NCBI GenBank assembly: GCA_965204745.1
Contig: OZ242010.1
Location: 4,224,001 to 4,288,000 of the forward strand
DNA from: Candidatus Latescibacterota bacterium
GTDB taxonomy: Bacteria; Latescibacterota; UBA2968
Reading direction: 5' to 3'
Length of the DNA stretch: 64,000 nt
The notes under the pieces were generated by a model that did no database searches, had not been told where the DNA came from, and saw only the letters and a program-made list of their open reading frames with translations. The position numbers and the translations under genes were made by a program. Each line of letters begins with the position of its first letter. Within the stretch, counting starts at the first letter, position 1. Below, piece after piece: positions 58,091 through 64,000 of the stretch.

Positions 58091-61000
58091 GTCGCAAGAG
58101 GTAGAGGTACGCGTCTTCGAGATTGGGTTCGACCGCCCGCGCTTCGGGAAGCGGAGATGCGGCGAGAAAGCGCGCGCGAATCCCGCCCGGCACGCGCACA
58201 TGGGCAATCAGGTCCAAGTCGCGCTCTAGGGCGTCAAACCGCGATTCGCTCAACAGGGCTTCCCACACCCTGTCGCGGGCGAGTTCGCGCATCGCTAGCG
58301 GCGTGCCCGCGTAGAGGACTTTGCCTCGGTCGAGCACGGCCAAGCGGTTGCAACTGCCGGAAATATCTTCCACGATGTGCGTGGAAAAAATGATGATCTT
58401 CTCTTGGCTAAATCGCGCCAGCAAGTTTCTGAAGCGGATGCGTTCCAGTGGATCCAGGCCCGCTGTCGGCTCGTCCACCACGATCACCTGCGGCAGGTGC
58501 AACAGGGTTTGGGCGATGCCTACGCGCTGTTTCATGCCGCCGGAGAACGCGCCGATAGGGTCGTCTCGCCTGTCCCACAGGTTCACCTGTTCCAAGCACG
58601 CTTGGACGCGCTTGCGCCGTGCTACGGTGTCTTTGAAGCCCTGCAACAGGGCGCGGTATTCCAGATAATCGCCCGCGGACATGTGCGAGTACAGGCCGAA
58701 GTGCTGCGGCAAGTACCCGATCACGCCTCGCATGTTTTGGTGGTTGAGCGGGGTCTTGCCATTGACGAGCACGGAGCCGTAACTCGCGGACAACACCCGG
58801 CACGCGATCCGCATCAAGGTGGTCTTGCCCGCGCCATTGGGGCCCAAAAGCCCGAACATCCCGCGCGGAATATCCAAGCTCACGCCGCCGAGGGCGCAAA
58901 ACTGCGGCCGGGGAACCCCGATGATGGGCACGGCGGCTGCGCCGCGATACGCGATGCCCTTGAGAAAGCCCAATCGCCCCGGCATATTTTCCGGGTTGAC
59001 GCGCCCAGACGCGACTCGGTTTGCCAAGAACGCGGTCAGGTGGTAGAGGAGATAGACCGCCGCGCAGGCAATGGTCAATGACAGCAGGTTCAACCGCCAG
59101 TGGATAAAAGCCACAAAGGACAGCGGCAGGATTGCGCGGGCGAGTTTCAACAGAAATCGGTTTTTGAGCTGAACCCCGCACGTCGTTGCGAAACCGCGCG
59201 CGAGGTGATGGATGAGGCCGCACAGGCCGAGGGCGGTCAGAAAGATCCACATCCCCGCTTCAAAATAAGTCTCCAAATAGACGAGCAGGGCGAGCAAGGG
59301 CAATTTCCACCACAGGCTGTCCCGCTGATCGACGATCAACCGCGCGCCGCGTTGTTCGCGCCGCTTAAACCGATCCCATTCGCGCCTGAACTGCCCGGGC
59401 GCGCCGTAAATTTTCGTGAGGTTGCGGATTTGGAGATATTCCACGTCGCCAATTTGATCGCGGGCCGCGATGCGCGCGCGGTGAACGCGCTGTACCAGCC
59501 ACGCGCCGGTCATGCAGATGATCCACGCGGGCAGGGCCAAGAGGCAGGTCCAGAACAAACTCTGGTAATAATCGTCGACGAAATAGGTCGCCCCCGCGGC
59601 GACTGCGCTGCCCAAAGCAACGCCGACCCAGCCGATGTCTGCCAACCACGCCTTGACTTGGTCGATGCCCATATAGACCACGGGGATGAAAATCAGGGTG
59701 GAGACCATCGAAACCCCCATGCCGCCGAGCACGGTAATGGCGAACGGGGGCCAAATTTCGTAATCCCCGCCGAACTTGAGGGCCAGGGGCAACACGCCCA
59801 AAATGGTGGTGGCCGAGGTCATCAAGATGGGGCGCACGCGGGAGCGGGACGCGGCCAGCACAGCGCGTTCTCGCCTGAACCCGTGCCGGAAGCGCGAGGT
59901 GCTTATCGCGTCTATGAGCACGATGCCATTGTTGACGGCGATGCCGAGCAACACGATGAAGCCGAGGATTGCCATCGGCGCTTCTTGAGACGCGAGGCCC
60001 GTGCCGGACAAGATCAGCGCCCAGCAAGAGCCGATGATCGCCGTGGGCAAGGTGCAAAGGATGATGAGGGGCGCGGAGAGCGATTCGAACAGCGAGGCGA
60101 GGATCATGAAAATCAACAGCGCGGCAATGCCGATCATCCAGTAGTAGATCGTCTCTTCTTCGGCCTCGACGATTTCGATGGCGTAGCCGGTGGGCAACAC
60201 CATTTCGGCGACCACGTCTTGCACGTACGCCCGCGCCGCGTCCAACAGGGGTTGAGACGCCAAAATTTCGTCTGCAAACCGGTAGGACACGATCACGCGC
60301 CGAGATTGGTCGGTCCGCAAAATCATGCTGCGACCTTGGTCCCGACGCACATGCGAGACTTCGGACAGGGGCAAGTGCGTGCCGCCCGCGCCGAGGATCG
60401 GGGTTTGGCGCAAGCCCTCGATGCCGTCGCCCTCTTCTTCCGGATCTTCCACATTGCGAATTTCAATGGGGATTTCCGCGCCGTCCGGGGCGAGAAAGGA
60501 CACAGTGGCGCGCGCGCCGCGCGGGTTGGCGTCGCCCACGGCATTGAGCACGGTTCGCACTTGCAGGCGGCGGTCGAACATGATGGCCTCGTCCGGCAAG
60601 ACGTGGACTTCGGGCGCGCCGCGTTCCGCGTCGGGCTGGATGCTGTTGGGATCGATTTCCTCCACTTCTTCGAGGCGGAAGGCCAGGTCCTCGGCGATCA
60701 TCTGCAGCACGGTGAAATCGTACCCGCGAATCACAGCGGTTTCCGCGGGCGCGCCGCCTTCCAAATTGAACCCGCCGGAGGAGCGCGCGCGACTGCTGCC
60801 GCGAATGCCGCCGCCACCCCCGCCGCGGCCCCCGCCTCGGCCCGTGCGGGCAATCGGCTCGTAGCTCACTATGGCGTTTTCCGCGCCGCCAAACGCGTCG
60901 GTGTCCTCGAGCGTTTCCTTGATGAGATCGACCGAGATGCCGCCGCGGTCCGCCAGGGGCAAGAGCTCGACATTGATGGTGGCCTGCGTTTCCCGGATGC

Positions 61001-62765
61001 TGGTGACAAAGCGTTCGATGCCCTCGGCTTCGCGCACCGCGCTTTCCACCTCGCCGACCGCTGCGTCCAATGCCTCTAAGGTCGTGCCTTCGGGCATGCC
61101 GATGTAAATGGCGAACCGGTTTTGCTCTCGGCGGACGTCGCGTTGCAGCATGAAGATCAACGAGATGATGAGGGTGATGATGAGCGCGCCGGCGATGCCG
61201 AGGGAAACGCCGATGCGGTGGCGCAAGCCGGTTTTGAGGCAGATCGTGTACATCTCGATGAGCCTGCCGGTTTCGGTTGGCGGCCGAGATGCCAGGGACA
61301 GGGTTTTGGACGCAAGGGCCGGCACCAAGGTCAGGGCGACCAAGAGCGAGGCGAGCAGGGGGAAGGTCATGGACAAGGCGAGTTCGCGCAGCAGGTCTTG
61401 ATAATCGCTTTGGATGAAGACCACGGGCAAAAAGACCGTGACGGTTGTCGCGGTGGCCGCGAGCACGGCGCGGGCGACTTCGTCCGTGCCCAAGCGCGCG
61501 GCTTCGTTCGGGGATTTGCCCTGTTCGTAGTGCTTGAAGATGTTCTCCATGACCACGATGCCATTGTCGGTCAACATGCCCACGGCCAGGGCCAAGCCGC
61601 ACAGGGAGAGCACGTTCAGGCTGAGGTCCCACAGGTACATCAAGTTGAACGTGAGCAACAAGGAACAAGGGATGGCGAGGATGAGCACTGCGACAAAGCG
61701 CAGGTTTCGCAAGAACAAGAACAAAACAAAAAGCCCGAGCACGCCCCCCGCGCCCGCGGCTTGTTTGAGGGTGCTGAGGGCTCCGTCCATGATCTCGGCT
61801 TGGCTTTGCGCGATAGCGAGTTGGATGTTTTCCGGGGCGAGGTCCGCATTGACGCGGGCAATCGTGGTTGCGAGTTCTTCTGCGACTGCGATCAGGTTGG
61901 CCTCGTCGTCTTTTTGAATGCGGATGCCCACCGCGGGCTTGCCGTTGATGCGCTGGATGTCGGCGCGTTCCTGAAGGCCGTAGCGAATTTGCGCGATGTC
62001 GCCGAGGTGCAAGGGCAGTTCCGGTTTGATGACGAGTTGGCGGATTTGTACGAGGTCCGTGAATTGCCCGCGGATGCTGACCGCGTACACGCGTTCCCCG
62101 TCGTGAACCTCGCCGAGGTATTGCCTGCGCGTGTTGAACGCCTCGATGCGGTTGCGGACGTCTGACATGGAGAGTTGGTGCGCTTGCAACAGGGCGGGAT
62201 CCGCGATGATTTCGATGGCGGCGCGTTGTCCGCCGAGCACTTGTGCGTTGACCACGCCGTCGACCGCTTCGAGTTCCGGGCGGATTTTCTCTTCGGCAAA
62301 TTCGCGCAGCCAATTTATGTCGCCATCTGCCAAGACGTGAATTTGCATCACAGCGGCCGAGAGGTCGGACGAGTCAAAGCGCTGTACGTCGAGGCGCGTG
62401 CGCTCGGGCAACATCGGTTGGAGGCGCGTCAGCCGGCTTTCGAGTTGTAGCAACGCAAATTTCATGTCCGTATCCGGCGCGTACGCCACGCGCACGCCCC
62501 CGTTGTTTTCGCGGGAAAAGGATTCGAACGCCTCGATGCCCTCGAGTTTGCCGATTTCCTCTTCGATGGGCATGACCAATTCGCGCTCGACCTGTTCGGG
62601 CGAATAGCCCTGTTGCCTGGCCGTGACATAGACTTGGGGCGACACGTATTCCGGAAAAATCTGCACCGGCAATCGGTAGAGGGAGATCGCGCCCATGATG
62701 CCCAATGCCAAAAAAAACATGGCCGTGGTCACGGGCCTTCGCACGGCAAATCCCGCAAGGGTCAT
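58056..62765 (-). CDS. RND permease fused to a C-terminal ABC ATPase domain
   Basis: RND motifs GMLTDNGIVVMENI, RVRPILMT; then GPNGAGKT, YLPQ, FSGGMKQ, VVDEP, FSTH in one 1569-aa frame. Confidence 0.9.
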   Translation of the reverse strand: MTLAGFAVRRPVTTAMFFLALGIMGAISLYRLPVQIFPEYVSPQVYVTARQQGYSPEQVERELVMPIEEEIGKLEGIEAFESFSRENNGGVRVAYAPDTDMKFALLQLESRLTRLQPMLPERTRLDVQRFDSSDLSAAVMQIHVLADGDINWLREFAEEKIRPELEAVDGVVNAQVLGGQRAAIEIIADPALLQAHQLSMSDVRNRIEAFNTRRQYLGEVHDGERVYAVSIRGQFTDLVQIRQLVIKPELPLHLGDIAQIRYGLQERADIQRINGKPAVGIRIQKDDEANLIAVAEELATTIARVNADLAPENIQLAIAQSQAEIMDGALSTLKQAAGAGGVLGLFVLFLFLRNLRFVAVLILAIPCSLLLTFNLMYLWDLSLNVLSLCGLALAVGMLTDNGIVVMENIFKHYEQGKSPNEAARLGTDEVARAVLAATATTVTVFLPVVFIQSDYQDLLRELALSMTFPLLASLLVALTLVPALASKTLSLASRPPTETGRLIEMYTICLKTGLRHRIGVSLGIAGALIITLIISLIFMLQRDVRREQNRFAIYIGMPEGTTLEALDAAVGEVESAVREAEGIERFVTSIRETQATINVELLPLADRGGISVDLIKETLEDTDAFGGAENAIVSYEPIARTGRGGGRGGGGGGIRGSSRARSSGGFNLEGGAPAETAVIRGYDFTVLQMIAEDLAFRLEEVEEIDPNSIQPDAERGAPEVHVLPDEAIMFDRRLQVRTVLNAVGDANPRGARATVSFLAPDGAEIPIEIRNVEDPEEEGDGIEGLRQTPILGAGGTHLPLSEVSHVRRDQGRSMILRTDQSRRVIVSYRFADEILASQPLLDAARAYVQDVVAEMVLPTGYAIEIVEAEEETIYYWMIGIAALLIFMILASLFESLSAPLIILCTLPTAIIGSCWALILSGTGLASQEAPMAILGFIVLLGIAVNNGIVLIDAISTSRFRHGFRRERAVLAASRSRVRPILMTSATTILGVLPLALKFGGDYEIWPPFAITVLGGMGVSMVSTLIFIPVVYMGIDQVKAWLADIGWVGVALGSAVAAGATYFVDDYYQSLFWTCLLALPAWIICMTGAWLVQRVHRARIAARDQIGDVEYLQIRNLTKIYGAPGQFRREWDRFKRREQRGARLIVDQRDSLWWKLPLLALLVYLETYFEAGMWIFLTALGLCGLIHHLARGFATTCGVQLKNRFLLKLARAILPLSFVAFIHWRLNLLSLTIACAAVYLLYHLTAFLANRVASGRVNPENMPGRLGFLKGIAYRGAAAVPIIGVPRPQFCALGGVSLDIPRGMFGLLGPNGAGKTTLMRIACRVLSASYGSVLVNGKTPLNHQNMRGVIGYLPQHFGLYSHMSAGDYLEYRALLQGFKDTVARRKRVQACLEQVNLWDRRDDPIGAFSGGMKQRVGIAQTLLHLPQVIVVDEPTAGLDPLERIRFRNLLARFSQEKIIIFSTHIVEDISGSCNRLAVLDRGKVLYAGTPLAMRELARDRVWEALLSESRFDALERDLDLIAHVRVPGGIRARFLAASPLPEARAVEPNLEDAYLYLLRHGNRHKQPDLA

Positions 62766-64000
62766 GGCGATTTCCCCCTGAGCCGGTCGATCATTTCGTA
62801 CATGGTGGGAATGATGAGCAGGGTCATCAAGGTGGAGGTGACCAAGCCGCCGATGACGGCGATGGCCATGGGCGCGCGCAATTTCGCGCCTTCGCCAAAG
62901 CCGAGGGCCATCGGCAACAGGGCGAGGATGGTGGTCGCGCTCGTCATCACGATGGGCCGAAGGCGATCCTGCCCGCCCTGCAACACGGCTTCCCGCAGGC
63001 CTAGGCCCTCGCGCCGGAGTTGGTTGATGCGATCCACGAGCACGATGGCGTCATTGACCGCGATGCCGCCGAGCATGATGATGCCGATGTAGGCCATCAC
63101 GCTGAGGGGTTCGCCCAAAAAATAGAAGGCGAAGACCACGCCCACGCCGGCCAAGGGCACGGAAAACATGACCGTGAACGGGTGGAGCACGGATTCAAAC
63201 AGGGAGGCCATGACCATGTACACGAGCGCGATAGAGAGGATCAGCGCGAATTTGAGGCTCGCAAAGGATTCCCTGCGCTCGCGCTCTTCCCCGCCGATGG
63301 CGATGCGATAGCCAGAGGGGATGGCCATGGTTTGGATCGCTGCGCGGATTTCTCCGATAGCCTCGCTCAACACGCGGCCCTCGGTCAAGTAGCCGGTGAC
63401 GCGGCCCACGCGCCGTTGGTTTTCCCGTAAAATTTCGCGCGGGCCTTCGATGATATTGAGGTCCGCGATATCGCCCAAGGTCAAGACCGCGCCCTCGGCG
63501 CCATCGATTCGGATGGTTTGCAGGGCGTTGAGGTCGATGTCGCGGTATTTGACGCGAATGTCGCGCGCGCGCTGGTCCTTGGACAATTCGCCTGCGACTT
63601 CGCCGGACAACTGCCGTTCCAAGGTGCGGCTGATGGTTTGCGTGGTCAGGCCAAAGGCGGACGCGACTTCGTCTCGGATAGCGAGATCGACTTCGGGTTG
63701 CCCGCCCTGAAAGCTGGTTCGCACATTGTACACCGCGGGCAGGGATTCCAGGCGCGCTTGGAGTTCTTTTGTGATGCGCGCCAAAATGTCGAGGTTTTCC
63801 CCAGACACCTCCACTTGAATGGGCGCGTCTCGTCCGGCCATGACGCCTTCGAGCGCGGTTTCGTGCAATTTGTACTTGACTTCGATATCGGGCAACGCGC
63901 TCAGTACGGGATCGAGATCGCGCACCAGTTCGCTCACATTGCGCGAGCGGTCCGAATGCAGCGCCACAGAGAGGGTTGCGCGGTTGGGGCCAGAGGGATC
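62762..64000 (-). CDS. RND permease, C-terminal part (gene starts beyond the window)
   Basis: LVYMVMASLFES, VNDAIVLVD, RLRPIVMT, APMAIAVIGGL; ATGA overlap with the next gene. Confidence 0.9.
   Translation of the reverse strand, partial: DPSGPNRATLSVALHSDRSRNVSELVRDLDPVLSALPDIEVKYKLHETALEGVMAGRDAPIQVEVSGENLDILARITKELQARLESLPAVYNVRTSFQGGQPEVDLAIRDEVASAFGLTTQTISRTLERQLSGEVAGELSKDQRARDIRVKYRDIDLNALQTIRIDGAEGAVLTLGDIADLNIIEGPREILRENQRRVGRVTGYLTEGRVLSEAIGEIRAAIQTMAIPSGYRIAIGGEERERRESFASLKFALILSIALVYMVMASLFESVLHPFTVMFSVPLAGVGVVFAFYFLGEPLSVMAYIGIIMLGGIAVNDAIVLVDRINQLRREGLGLREAVLQGGQDRLRPIVMTSATTILALLPMALGFGEGAKLRAPMAIAVIGGLVTSTLMTLLIIPTMYEMIDRLRGKSP

Overview
GC-rich bacterial chromosomal segment, almost entirely minus-strand. 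Gene content suggests an FCB-related or Latescibacterota-like organism (inference only): DUF6785-like transporter, PhyH, sulfatase-like, heparinase II/III, futalosine mqn genes, and the infC-rpmI-rplT / zapB-zapA-rny-ymdB-xseAB-nadK-recN order. The housekeeping backbone also includes mqnE/C/A, ligA, tRNA-Ala(GGC), trxA, holA, folP, ftsH, tilS and a TolC-MFP-RND pump. Mobile DNA comprises: (1) a complete IS110 (4638-5932) whose four bridge-RNA guides can be read from the sequence and match its own donor and target junctions; (2) a small REP-containing repeat family carrying the same IS110 left-end motif, possibly non-autonomous passengers; (3) a TnpB-only IS607-like element with about 40-bp inverted ends that truncated a TMEM14-like gene; (4) an IS5/IS903-type IS without a target duplication; (5) an IS5/IS427-derived MITE family; (6) many heptamer tandem repeats. 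The most unusual coding features are an AT-rich membrane protein + pYEATS cassette inserted in the recN-mqnE run (candidate defence module) and an RND permease fused to an intact ABC ATPase, flanked by a second RND and an ABC-2 permease. All family calls come from motif recognition, not database searches.
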